Source: Candidatus Bathyarchaeota archaeon (lineage in GTDB: Archaea; Thermoproteota; Bathyarchaeia; Bathyarchaeales; Bathycorpusculaceae). Taken from it: DNA of 64,000 bases. Location of the stretch: contig OY970340.1 in the NCBI GenBank assembly GCA_963717465.1, forward strand, positions 1,888,001 through 1,952,000, read 5' to 3'. Position 1 is the stretch's first letter. The number at the start of each line of letters is the position of its first letter. Shown piece after piece: positions 21,530 through 31,049 of this stretch. The notes below the pieces were generated by a model. It made no database searches, was not told the origin of the DNA, and saw nothing but the letters and a program-made list of their open reading frames with translations. The position numbers and the translations under genes were made by a program.

Positions 21530-23637
21530 GTGTACCACATGGAAGAAAACAAATTGCTTTCCACCAAGATGGTTTCAGAGCTGAACCACTATAGATTGTC
21601 GATTGCACTAAAATTCATCGTTATAACCATAACTGTAGTAGCATTGTACCTCCAAGACTTAAACATGATCTTCACGGGTGCTTTAACCAACGAATCAAGC
21701 TACTACATACTTGCAATCCTATTCCTCTTCGGTTACTTAATATACCGAAAAAGGAAAATGATTGCCGCCGCCATTCAAATTCCTCAAACAAGCACACGCG
21801 GATTCCAAAAATACTTCAGCACACTAGCTGGCATATCATTAAGTGCAGTCGCTATACTCTCATACTGGTATGGAAGCTACACCTTCACACCACTAGAATA
21901 TCACATGCTTACCCTGCCTTTTCTAACAGCAGGATTAATCTTAATATTATTCAACACTCAGACACTAAAACAATTACTTTTCCCCATAGCATTCCTCATA
22001 TTCCTCACACCTCCCCTTGACGAAATCCTTTACGGCACTCGGATCAACACTCGCAAACCTAAGTGCATCAGCATCAAATGCCCTTGCAAACCTGTTCGGA
22101 ATACACTCAATACTCTCTGCCAGCAACGTAGGCCCCATAATAACCCTCATCAAATCAAATCAAACAATCTTATCCTTTAACGTAACTGTGGCTTGCTCAG
22201 GAATCTACAGCATCATAGGCTTCGCAATATTTGCACTATTCATAGCCTACATCACCCGCGGTAAACTACGCAACAAATTAGCTATCCTTATCATGGGCAT
22301 TCCACTAATTATGGCACTGAACATAATTCGCATAACAACAGTTCTTGCAATAGGCTATAACTTCGGCGAAGATTTAGCACTACAAGTTTTCCATGCAATA
22401 GGCTCCACAGTGCTAATGTTTTTAGGTACACTTTTGCTGCTGGCTATAACAGAGAAAACATTCAAACAACCAAAGCCGCCACAACCTTGCCTAACATGCA
22501 ACCCGACCCAGACAAACCCAGCCGAACCATTCTGCCCCAGTTGCGGAAAACTCTTCAAACTCCCAAAAACAAAACTCAACAGAGCAGACATCGCAAAAAT
22601 CGCAGGCATCGCTATAATCGTAGTTATGCTTTTATCTATTCAAGCGCCCGTATTCGCCCTAACGCAAGGCCCAGCCCAGGTCATAACCCAAACACCATCA
22701 GGCATCCAAGTTAACACATCAAACTCCCTGCTCCCAAACATCACAGGATACACACTAAATTACCTCTACCGCGACACGCAATTTGAACAAGAATCAGGCG
22801 ATGACGCAGCACTAGTCTACTCCTATGCCTCACCTAACCCAACAACATCACCCATATGGGTAGCCATACAAATAGCCGCCAGCATAACATCCGAACACCG
22901 ATGGGAAACCTGCCTCATCAATTATCCACTCAGCCAAGGAAATCCGGCAACGGTAAACCAACTGGACCTTAGAGATATTCAAATTCAAGATAACCCTCCC
23001 TTAACGGCACGATACTTCGCCTTCCAATACAAAGACACGAACCAAACCCAAGTTATTCTCTACTGGTACGAAACAGCCACATTCAACACAAACGGCACAG
23101 CACAAACAAAAAGCGTAATGATCAGCTTAATTGTGTACCCATCGTCTAATCAAAGCATTTCAGACGCTGAGGCCCAGCTACTGCCAATTGCCAACGCCAT
23201 TAACAACTACTGGAATCCAATACAAACCTGGAGTACAATCGCATTAAGCATCAGCCAAAACGGACTTGCCTTCTCAGCAGGCGCAACCGCCATTCTTGTT
23301 CTACTCATAATCTACGCTGTATACTTAGATAGAAAAGAGAAACTTTTTCTCTTAAACCACTACCAAAAACTCTCAACACCAAACCAACTCATAATAAAAG
23401 CAGTAACCAACGCCCAAAAACAAGGAAACCCAACAACCGAAGGCATAATTACTGAGCTGCAAAAATTAACACAAACAACTGTTGATAAAACATGGCTCAC
23501 AGAAAAACTCACGGAAGCCCAAAACGCCGAACTAATCAAGCAAACACTAGCTGAACAAGAATGACGAACCCCGTATCCAATGGGAAAACCAGGTCCCTCA
23601 GAACACTAGCTTTGCCAGCAAACTTTTCCATTTCTGA
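21530..23637 (+). CDS. Exosortase/archaeosortase-family protein fused to an EpsI-like domain; frameshifts near 22035 and 23553
   Basis: Multi-TM; catalytic triad candidates VACSG (Cys), NIIRI (Arg), FHAIG (His); HRWETCL and VILYWY are EpsI-like; repaired end reads ..QTLANKNDEPRIQW..FHF*. Confidence 0.85.
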
Positions 23638-23736
23638 AGAATATTGGTTCTAAAGAGAAATTATAAAGCGCGCTATAGATAAGTATGTATAGTTTTTCAT
23701 GCTCCTTTATAAGCAACCGACTTTTTAACTTAAAAA

Positions 23737-24297
23737 ATGATGGTCTGTCGAATGAGAGGGGCGAACTTAAGTAAAACCGCTTTATTGATAATTTTAAGTA
23801 TTGCTATTATTGCACCCTTGATGATAAACGTTGTACACGCTGGCACAGGCACGGCTAATACTGTTGGCCAAGTATGGTTGGATGCCCAGCAGAATGATCC
23901 GACTGGTCAATATTGCATCAGTCAAGCCTCTGTTGGACAAACAGTTTACATATATTGGGGCCACATAACGCCCCCATCAGGTACAGTAAAAATTGTTGTA
24001 ACACCCTACGACGAGGATGGAAATGCTTTGACACCAATACAACTTGGCATCTTGAGTCCTTCAGCTTCGGGGACGACGGCAGCCTCTTTTGTTGTTCCTA
24101 ATACACCTAATGGTTACTGCGATGTTTCGCTATATGGACAAGCTACCAAAAAAGCAACCTTACGAGTTGTTGCCAGTGTGACACTGTTTGTTCTGCCCGA
24201 AAGCACATTTGGAACGTTAGCTGCGTTAGGAGCAGGCTTAGCAGCTTTCGCTGTCTATAAGAAACGAAACAGCCTCCCACACTTATATAGAGCCTAA
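23737..24297 (+). CDS. Secreted protein with a C-terminal PE-type sorting signal (candidate sortase substrate)
   Basis: N-terminal signal peptide; C-terminus FVLPES, then a TM helix (TFGTLAALGAGLAAFAVY), then KKR. Confidence 0.75.
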   Translation: MMVCRMRGANLSKTALLIILSIAIIAPLMINVVHAGTGTANTVGQVWLDAQQNDPTGQYCISQASVGQTVYIYWGHITPPSGTVKIVVTPYDEDGNALTPIQLGILSPSASGTTAASFVVPNTPNGYCDVSLYGQATKKATLRVVASVTLFVLPESTFGTLAALGAGLAAFAVYKKRNSLPHLYRA

Positions 24298-24494
24298 AAA
24301 AACATTTTCTTTAAAATTAGAATAATTCTAATTTTCTAAAAAAGTTTTATTGGTTCTTTAAAACATCTTTAGCATACGCACAATTACTTAGACTTTGCCA
24401 ATATCTATCGTCGCATTTTTTTCTTGTCATCTAGTAATTTAACTCTTACATTTTTAATACGTTTATATCGTGATATTTAGTTAAATTTGGTGCT

Positions 24495-25004
24495 ATGGTG
24501 AATATGGCTGGAAATCCCCAAGTTCTTGCGATAGCGATCACAGTATTTGTAGCATTTAGTCTGCTTTTTCAGGTTGGGTGTTTGGCTCAAACCGATCAAA
24601 CACAATCAAAACTTCAAGCAGCTGATACTGCAGTTGATCAAGCATTCAGTGCTGTTTCTGCTGCTGAGAAAGCTGGCGTAAATGTGACAAGCTTACTTAT
24701 CCAGTTAAATAATGCAACTAGGTTGTTAGGTCAAGCAGAAAACGCTTATGCAACTGGTGATAACAGTACGGCTATCAGTGATGCGAACGCTGTTTTGCCC
24801 ATTGCAAATCAAGTTTTAACAGAGGCACAGACAGCAGATTCATCTGCTTCCGTTTCATCTCAGAATAATTTCGAATTAACCATTGCACTAACAATTGTTG
24901 CAGCCGCGCTTTTTATCGTAGATCTGATTCTAAGTTGGGACCTGTTTAAGGATTACTATATTAAGCGTTTACTTAAGGCAAAGCCTAAGGTTGATGCTCA
25001 ATGA
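24495..25004 (+). CDS. Exported Ala-rich helical protein with C-terminal TM anchor
   Basis: Signal peptide, AEKAGVNVTSLL helical region, TM plus basic tail; ATGA overlap with the next gene. Confidence 0.7.
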   Translation: MVNMAGNPQVLAIAITVFVAFSLLFQVGCLAQTDQTQSKLQAADTAVDQAFSAVSAAEKAGVNVTSLLIQLNNATRLLGQAENAYATGDNSTAISDANAVLPIANQVLTEAQTADSSASVSSQNNFELTIALTIVAAALFIVDLILSWDLFKDYYIKRLLKAKPKVDAQ

Positions 25005-25600
25005 AGCTAAGCGACTTTCAACTCATTTTTATCGCCGCTGGTTTGATTGGCGTGTTGCTGATTGCTTCTCCTGCTCTTGCTAGCTTAATCCATTTGCCAA
25101 GTGGCGAAGCGTTTTCTGAACTTTACCTTTTAGGCCCAAATAACATGGCTGGGGATTACCCTTTTAACATTGAGGTTGGACAGAACTATCTAGTTTATGT
25201 AGGTGTTGGCAACAATCTGGGTTCATCAGCTTACTACGTCATAGAAGTGAAGCTCTTGAATGGAACGAGCTTGTTGCCAGACTCCTCAGCTGGGACGCCT
25301 AGTCCGGCTCAGTCGCTCTATGAATATCGGTTTGTGCTTCAGGATGGAGCTACCTGGGAGGCTCCTTTGAATTTTTCCATTGTCGATGGTTCAATCTCAG
25401 GGCTCAATTCTCAAATTAACGTTTTGCAGATTAACGATGTCACGTTTACCGTGGGGACCTCTGCCTTGTGGAATTCGAATTCAACGGTGTTTAACTACCA
25501 ACTTTTGTTTGAACTGTGGCTCTATAATAATTCTTCAGGCGCAGTTGATTATAATAATCGTTTCGTGGATTTGCAATTAAACTTCACTGGACCAACTTAG
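25001..25600 (+). CDS. DUF1616-like membrane-anchored protein
   Basis: GEAFSELYLLGP..AGDYP, VGVGNNLG..YY, LLFELW. Confidence 0.75.
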   Translation: MKLSDFQLIFIAAGLIGVLLIASPALASLIHLPSGEAFSELYLLGPNNMAGDYPFNIEVGQNYLVYVGVGNNLGSSAYYVIEVKLLNGTSLLPDSSAGTPSPAQSLYEYRFVLQDGATWEAPLNFSIVDGSISGLNSQINVLQINDVTFTVGTSALWNSNSTVFNYQLLFELWLYNNSSGAVDYNNRFVDLQLNFTGPT

Positions 25601-25735
25601 CTCGTACACAGATTCGATTATTCTTTCTGAGTTTTGGAATCGACGTTAAGGTTCATTTTTAAGAGCCACTTACTTAACCCAAAGCGTTTTCCTTCTGATA
25701 ACATCGAATCAACTCAATTAAGAGAGGTGAAAATT

Positions 25736-26074
25736 GTGAGTAAAAACCAAGCGTTAGGCGGGATTATACTCGCTGTCTGCATTATAGTAGCAGTAGGATA
25801 CATCATTTTGGTAGGTGCTCCATCATACTTGGGCCTTGACACTGCCACCGTTAGACTTGACGCCGTCCTCATTCTAGTATCCATAGCATTCATCGTCATC
25901 CTTGCCATCGGTGCATGGCTAGGCTACACGATGGCAACAACTCCACCGCCAAAACCCATAGAACCAAAACCCATAAAACAAATCACCACCGAAACAAAAA
26001 AAGAAACCGAAACAAAAAACAAAACACAAAAACAAACAGAGTCAGAAGACAAAACACAAGAATCCAAACCATAA
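25736..26074 (+). CDS. Small two-TM membrane protein with ATTPPPKPIE motif
   Basis: GAGGTGA RBS before GTG25736; two TMs, WLGYTMATTPPPKPIE, charged tail. Confidence 0.7.
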   Translation: MSKNQALGGIILAVCIIVAVGYIILVGAPSYLGLDTATVRLDAVLILVSIAFIVILAIGAWLGYTMATTPPPKPIEPKPIKQITTETKKETETKNKTQKQTESEDKTQESKP

Positions 26075-26133
26075 CAAAAACCCAAACACACGCGTCTCTA
26101 CGAAGTTTTTCTAAAAGAAATCATTAAATTTTC

Positions 26134-26181
26134 GTGTCTCCAGTTATTCTGCTGTCAAGATCACGCAGCAACTGGAAACAC
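26134..26181 (-). ncRNA. Candidate structured element, copy A
   Basis: 12-bp stem GUGUUUCCAGUU/AACUGGAGACAC, inner stem and AGAAU bulge; TTTAAA at 26200-26205 upstream; homologous to 27972-28018. Confidence 0.5.
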
Positions 26182-26290
26182 CTAAAGCCAACTATGAGCT
26201 TTAAATACATAATTAGCGCGTGGAAGCCTAAGAGGGAAAAATGCTATTCCTGTGTCATGGCGCCAAAACGTCGGTTCAGCGTGCATAACG

Positions 26291-26998
26291 CTAAGAGAGC
26301 TTCTTTAGCTTCTTTAAGACTTCTTCCCTTGTCCTTTCAGTGAACTCTGAGGTGACAAATGTCCCTTTCCATGAGTCCAAGAATCGTTTATCGGAAATAT
26401 CTGAAATTATAAGTTTTAGGTTCTTCACAATAATCTCAGGGTGGGCTAGAGTCTTCTTTGCCTCTTCCTTCAGATTATCGGGAATGCCATTTTTCCATAC
26501 CAGTGTAGCAATGTCTCTTATGTCGCTGGGTCTCGCAGACATTAGCTTTAGAATCAGATAATCGGTGTAATCCGGAACATACATATCGATAGTTTTTTCA
26601 GCGACGGCGATCTTCACTTTCGTGGCTTTTTGCATAAATTTTTCGGTTAAAAAGAATATCTGCTCGTCTAATCTTCCTCTTACTTCGCCTTCCATAAAAT
26701 CCATGGATATCTTGGCATTTGCCTCTAGCAGCTTTACACACCTAAGGAACCCGTAGCTACCCCGCTTCTCAAAAGCCTCAGCGCTCATGTCTTTGGATAG
26801 CATCTTTTGTATTTTATCTATGTTCCAGCCATCTGATTTCTTGAGAACAAAGTCGCAATCCCGTGTATATCGGGAAAATGACGTGAAAGCCCGAAGAGCA
26901 TAGCCACCAATCAAGACCATTTTGGGGTTTTCAAAAGAGACGGTCTTTTCTGATAGCTGATCAATGATCTTGCCGATTTCAACCTCTCTCAGGTTCAT
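26291..26998 (-). CDS. Nucleotidyltransferase, AbiEii-like putative toxin
   Basis: LIGGYAL, RYTRDCDF (DxD), LKLMSARPSDIRD; start could instead be TTG27019. Confidence 0.7.
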   Translation of the reverse strand: MNLREVEIGKIIDQLSEKTVSFENPKMVLIGGYALRAFTSFSRYTRDCDFVLKKSDGWNIDKIQKMLSKDMSAEAFEKRGSYGFLRCVKLLEANAKISMDFMEGEVRGRLDEQIFFLTEKFMQKATKVKIAVAEKTIDMYVPDYTDYLILKLMSARPSDIRDIATLVWKNGIPDNLKEEAKKTLAHPEIIVKNLKLIISDISDKRFLDSWKGTFVTSEFTERTREEVLKKLKKLS

Positions 26999-27011
26999 AA
27001 TTTCAAGGTGA

Positions 27012-27722
27012 TTAACCAAGTTCAACAACCTTCTCGACTGCTTCATCAATTTCTCTTTTCACAAAGTCATCTTCCAATTTTGTCTCTCTGTGCGGAAATT
27101 CAACCCCGCCTAACTCGCCCAACTGATGAAAACCATACTCTAAAGCCTGTTTAGCCCTAACATTTGTCTTTGAAATTCTCTTCCAATAAGATTCCTTGTA
27201 CAACCTGTCCAAACTTATCTTGTCCTTGTTCTCGTATAAGACGGCAAAGGCATCTGTGAAAGCCCATTTCTTTAAGCATTCGATTACATTCTCTTCAATA
27301 TCCTCAACAAGCAAGTTTCCAACTTTCCGATACTTGATCTTGGATGCATCTTTCGAGTATTCGACTTCAACATTCCAGCCTTTCTTTTTGGCGAATTCTT
27401 TCAACGCTTTCCCATAGGACTTGTCTTTAACTTTCAAAACATAGACATCCCTGTGAATGAAATCATTATTCCAGAAAGACGCCGCAGTCTGAGCGGAGAC
27501 GACTTTAAAATTTTTGTCTTTTTCTAAGAAATCCCAGATGTCTTTAACTTCGGCAGGAATCCAGTACCATCCCCACTTGACCCTTTCTATTGATCCTTCT
27601 TTGGCTAATTTGTTCAAGTATTCCTTGGCGTTTGGCTCAATGTTTTTTATGGAGTTAACTCTAACTAAACTTCCTTTGAAGGGCCTCAATTTCTCATTAA
27701 ACTCAGCCAAGTATTCGGGCAT
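27012..27722 (-). CDS. AbiEi-like antitoxin/transcriptional regulator
   Basis: wHTH-like LNKLAKEGSIERVKWGWY, VVSAQTAASFW; directly upstream of the NTase. Confidence 0.65.
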   Translation of the reverse strand: MPEYLAEFNEKLRPFKGSLVRVNSIKNIEPNAKEYLNKLAKEGSIERVKWGWYWIPAEVKDIWDFLEKDKNFKVVSAQTAASFWNNDFIHRDVYVLKVKDKSYGKALKEFAKKKGWNVEVEYSKDASKIKYRKVGNLLVEDIEENVIECLKKWAFTDAFAVLYENKDKISLDRLYKESYWKRISKTNVRAKQALEYGFHQLGELGGVEFPHRETKLEDDFVKREIDEAVEKVVELG

Positions 27723-27726
27723 AGTT

Positions 27727-27795
27727 GTTCACCTTTTATTATTGTTTGGCAAACTACTTAAGGATATTCGTTCACCTTTTTGCATATATTGGCAA
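27727..27795 (-). promoter_or_regulatory. Two 26-bp operator-like boxes flanking a TATA-like element
   Basis: GTTCACCTTTT-N8-TTGGCAA at 27727-27752 and 27770-27795, around CTTAAG at 27757-27762. Confidence 0.6.
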
Positions 27796-27806
27796 GGTCA
27801 GCCAGA

Positions 27807-27865
27807 TACGTCAACTACACGGGCGCTAACTTAAATTACGTCAACTACACGGGCGCTAACTTAAA
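27807..27865. repeat. Tandem duplication with a 30-bp period
   Basis: TACGTCAACTACACGGGCGCTAACTTAAA at 27807-27835 and 27837-27865. Confidence 0.95.
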
Positions 27866-27971
27866 CCATAACTAAAAATCTAACAAAACCGAAAAGCGCA
27901 AACCACAACAAAAACTAAAGCACACTTAACCACCGACCAAGTTCTCATAAAAAAGTTACATTTCATTTTTT

Positions 27972-28018
27972 GTATCTCCAGCCATTCCGCCGTCAAAATA
28001 CACGGCGACTGGAAACAC
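27972..28018 (-). ncRNA. Candidate structured element, copy B
   Basis: Stem GUGUUUCCAGUC/GGCUGGAGAUAC, inner GCCGU/ACGGC, GGAAU bulge; compensatory changes relative to copy A. Confidence 0.5.
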
Positions 28019-28227
28019 CCAACGGAGACTCTGACCTTCAAAGACTCATAATTTTCATTTTATTCAAAATTCAAAACGAACAATTTACCTCAATTTTCAA
28101 CTCATAGAACCCGAACTCCACGCGACATTGTCTTCACATATTCGTATGCTTCCAAAGCGCACTACCTTTTTTCAAGCTTCTCCACGACGTAAAAGCCAAA
28201 GCGCTCTTAAATCAACTGTTTAAAATG

Positions 28228-29013
28228 TTAAATTTCAGAAAAACTTTCGTTCCAGAGACTTTTAAAGTAGAATTCACACAAAGCAAGAATGCACTTGTTG
28301 CTTGACATAAAGACTGTTGCATCAAAATTTTCTCCTGGTTTAGTGTTAATTACAGCTTGTTCTCCATCAAATATTCCAATTGTAGTTATAGGCGTTTCTT
28401 TAGTATACCTTAACTGAAAATTCCTAGAGCGAAATGCATCCTCATACACTGTATTTTTTAATTTCTCGTTCGAAAAAGATACTATAACTCTGAAATCTGC
28501 ATTCCTAGATAATGCTTCACCTAAAGCTTTCTGATAATCAAGAGGCGGCGAAACAACTTGTGCAGTAGGAATAATAGCATAAACACTTTTTCTGGCAGAT
28601 TTAATCATCTGTGCACTTTTAATGTAAAACACTTCTCTAGGAATAATGCTAATGGTAAATTCGTCAGGTTCCTTCTGCTTCCCATGTTTTTCGCCTACAT
28701 GTTGAATAAGAATAGGAATCCTTTTTTTAATTTCAGCAAGCTCCCTCATTTTACTTTGCATTAAAATCGACGTGGACGCCTCCAAAGGCGTTGCTCGATA
28801 TTTAGTCGGCTTACCAACAAGTCTCTCTACAAGTTGAAGCCCTTCAAGCTGCGCAATTATCCGGTAAACATCCGGTCTTGAAACTTTAGAAATGCTAGAA
28901 ACTTCTCTTGCAGAACTCATCTGTCGCATTAAAAGCGCCAAATATATTTTTGCTTGCGAAGTACTCAAGCCAAGATCTACAAGTGTTGATAGAGACTCGT
29001 CGTCACTAGTCAT
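28228..29013 (-). CDS. TrmB-family transcriptional regulator
   Basis: LVDLGLSTSQAKIYLALL, SRPDVYRII..GKPTKYRA. Confidence 0.9.
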   Translation of the reverse strand: MTSDDESLSTLVDLGLSTSQAKIYLALLMRQMSSAREVSSISKVSRPDVYRIIAQLEGLQLVERLVGKPTKYRATPLEASTSILMQSKMRELAEIKKRIPILIQHVGEKHGKQKEPDEFTISIIPREVFYIKSAQMIKSARKSVYAIIPTAQVVSPPLDYQKALGEALSRNADFRVIVSFSNEKLKNTVYEDAFRSRNFQLRYTKETPITTIGIFDGEQAVINTKPGENFDATVFMSSNKCILALCEFYFKSLWNESFSEI

Positions 29014-29374
29014 AGCGTTTCACCTTTGCAAGCTACTATACTATTCAAATAGTTATAAGCGGCTCGTTAGCTCAAGCACAATTTCCATGCCTTTTTTCAT
29101 TTGCCAGCACAATTACTAGCAATCCATTAAACAGTTAGCAACAATTTTGGATAATAAAACCACATCCAAAAAGATTAGCTCCAAACTATGTTAAAACGTT
29201 CCATCACTCTAACTAACAATGCATGAAATTTTAAAGAATCAAATCAGCCAAACCGAGTTTTAAAGTTTGCTTAAGCGTATCTTGCTTTGGAAAAAACATT
29301 AAAAGTAATTCAAGAATTGTATGTGGAAAGACAACTTACAAAGGTATATAAACCATATTCAATAATCCTTGAAC

Positions 29375-29434
29375 GCTCTTTAACTACAACAAAGAGAGCC
29401 CAGCGCTTCTTCCCTCCTTAGCGCTGTAATTTTT
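29375..29434 (+). ncRNA. Candidate small RNA with an anti-Shine-Dalgarno loop
   Basis: TATATAAA at 29345-29352; hairpins CTCTTT/AAAGAG and CAGCGCT-TCTTCCCTCCTT-AGCGCTG; T-run at 29430-29434. Confidence 0.4.
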
Positions 29435-29642
29435 CTTATTCAATTTTAATTCAAATTGATACAATTTATTTTATAAAAGATTTATTACGGAAGATTTAAA
29501 TCAAATACTGATGCTCCATGAAAGCTTAAGTGCATAATATGATGCTTGGCAAGTGGATAAGAGATCATATTTTACGCGATTTTGAAAAAATAGTGAAAGG
29601 ATATGATAAATTCTGGTTGACCGTTTAATCCTTAGCAAAGCT

Positions 29643-30911
29643 TTGGATAAACTACCTCCAAGATTGCGGAAAATCGAGTCAGAGAGCGTAAATTTACTCA
29701 AATTATTTCTTTTCAAATTAAAATTTCTAACTTCAAAAAAGAATGTCCCAAACCCAAAGACAATTTACTGGATTCCCACAAACCGAATTATTCATCATAC
29801 AAATTATAATATTGGGAACAATCCAAAAGCTTCCATTAATGATAGAGTTTTTCATAGTAGCATGCGAGGTAAAATCGTTGGTGGAAACTGGGATTTAGGT
29901 GACTATAATTTTGAGGATTTGGATGTTTTCCAAGCTTTCAAAATGAGACTTAGAGACGTAGTTGAATGGAAAGATACAGCATTTTACAGTAGGGTTCTCA
30001 AACAAGCTGAATCCGGCAGGTTTGTATGGAATATCAAAAATAAACATGATTTGGATCAACGCTGTCAAGCTCTGGATGACCTTTATTCCTCAATTAAAAA
30101 TGAAGGATATCAACTGAACTATGATAAGTTTACGAAAGCAATTAACTATGATGAAATCGACGTTAATATTGGAAGAAACGGAGAATATCTTTTCCAGAAT
30201 GGAGTGCATAGACTTTCAATAGCTAAAATACTTGGAATTGAAAAAATCCCAGTTACAGTCTTAGTTAGACACAAAAACTGGATAGATTTCAGAACAAACC
30301 TACTTGAATACTCAAAACAACAAAATAGTAAAAAACTATACCAACCGCCAATTCACCCAGACCTTGATGACATACCATTTAACCAAGAAACTCACGACTG
30401 GCTTCATCTCATGGAAGCAGTTGAAAAAAATCTTATCACAAAAAAAGGCGTAATGCTCGATATAGGCGCAAACCTCGCCTTCTTTTGCCACAAATTCGAA
30501 GACATAGGCTTTTCTTGCATCGCTGTTGAAACAGACCCGATAACTTGCCAAATGGCAGAAAAAATCAGAATCGCCGAAAACAAAAAATTCAAAATCATCA
30601 ACAAATCAATACTAGACCTCGAAAACCTAAAAAGCAAACAATTTGACGTCGTCTTAGCTCTTAATATTTTCCATCATTTCCTAAAAAAACAAGACACTTT
30701 TTATCAATTTAAAAATTTTCTAAAAAACCTAAAAACAACTGAACTTTTTTTCGAGCCCCATACGCATAATGAACGCCAAATGAAAAATGCATACATCAAT
30801 TATAACGAACAAGAATTTGTCAATTTTATATTAGCCAATTCATGCTTAAACAAAGTCAAATTAATATTCTCTGAGCCATCAGGAAGACACGTATACCATT
30901 TATCCAAATAA
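29643..30911 (+). CDS. ParB/Srx-like domain fused to a class I SAM-dependent methyltransferase
   Basis: IDVNIGRNGEYLFQNGVHRLSIAKILG; MLDIGANLAFF, FDVVLALNIFHHF. Confidence 0.7.
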   Translation: MDKLPPRLRKIESESVNLLKLFLFKLKFLTSKKNVPNPKTIYWIPTNRIIHHTNYNIGNNPKASINDRVFHSSMRGKIVGGNWDLGDYNFEDLDVFQAFKMRLRDVVEWKDTAFYSRVLKQAESGRFVWNIKNKHDLDQRCQALDDLYSSIKNEGYQLNYDKFTKAINYDEIDVNIGRNGEYLFQNGVHRLSIAKILGIEKIPVTVLVRHKNWIDFRTNLLEYSKQQNSKKLYQPPIHPDLDDIPFNQETHDWLHLMEAVEKNLITKKGVMLDIGANLAFFCHKFEDIGFSCIAVETDPITCQMAEKIRIAENKKFKIINKSILDLENLKSKQFDVVLALNIFHHFLKKQDTFYQFKNFLKNLKTTELFFEPHTHNERQMKNAYINYNEQEFVNFILANSCLNKVKLIFSEPSGRHVYHLSK

Positions 30912-30991
30912 TTCTGCATAATATTTGTCAATCACATTGAATCCAAGCATCTGTAGGGTTAATCGTGAAGAACGCTTCTAAAACTTTAGCA

Positions 30992-31049
30992 AGTTACCAA
31001 ATGAATAACCATCATCTTTAAGCATAGTTTAGTTACCAAATAAGTAACT
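30992..31049 (+). promoter_or_regulatory. Two 19-bp palindromic operator-like boxes flanking a TATA-like TTTAAG
   Basis: AGTTACCAAATGAATAACC at 30992-31010 and AGTTACCAAATAAGTAACT at 31031-31049 (16/19 identical; AGTTAC-N7-GTAACT). Confidence 0.6.

Noticed and set aside
26134..26343. 69-aa plus-strand ORF across hairpin copy A
   Set aside because: The frame is not conserved in copy B, and the ORF overlaps the NTase end antisense
27807..27865. Possible mini CRISPR array
   Set aside because: Two adjacent copies with no spacer, and no cas genes in the window
26134..28018. Hairpin repeats as integron attC, origin recognition boxes, SECIS or H/ACA RNAs
   Set aside because: No RYYYAAC/GTTRRRY ends, no contiguous ORB consensus or cdc6 nearby, no in-frame UGA in neighbouring genes, and no K-turn or consistent ACA box
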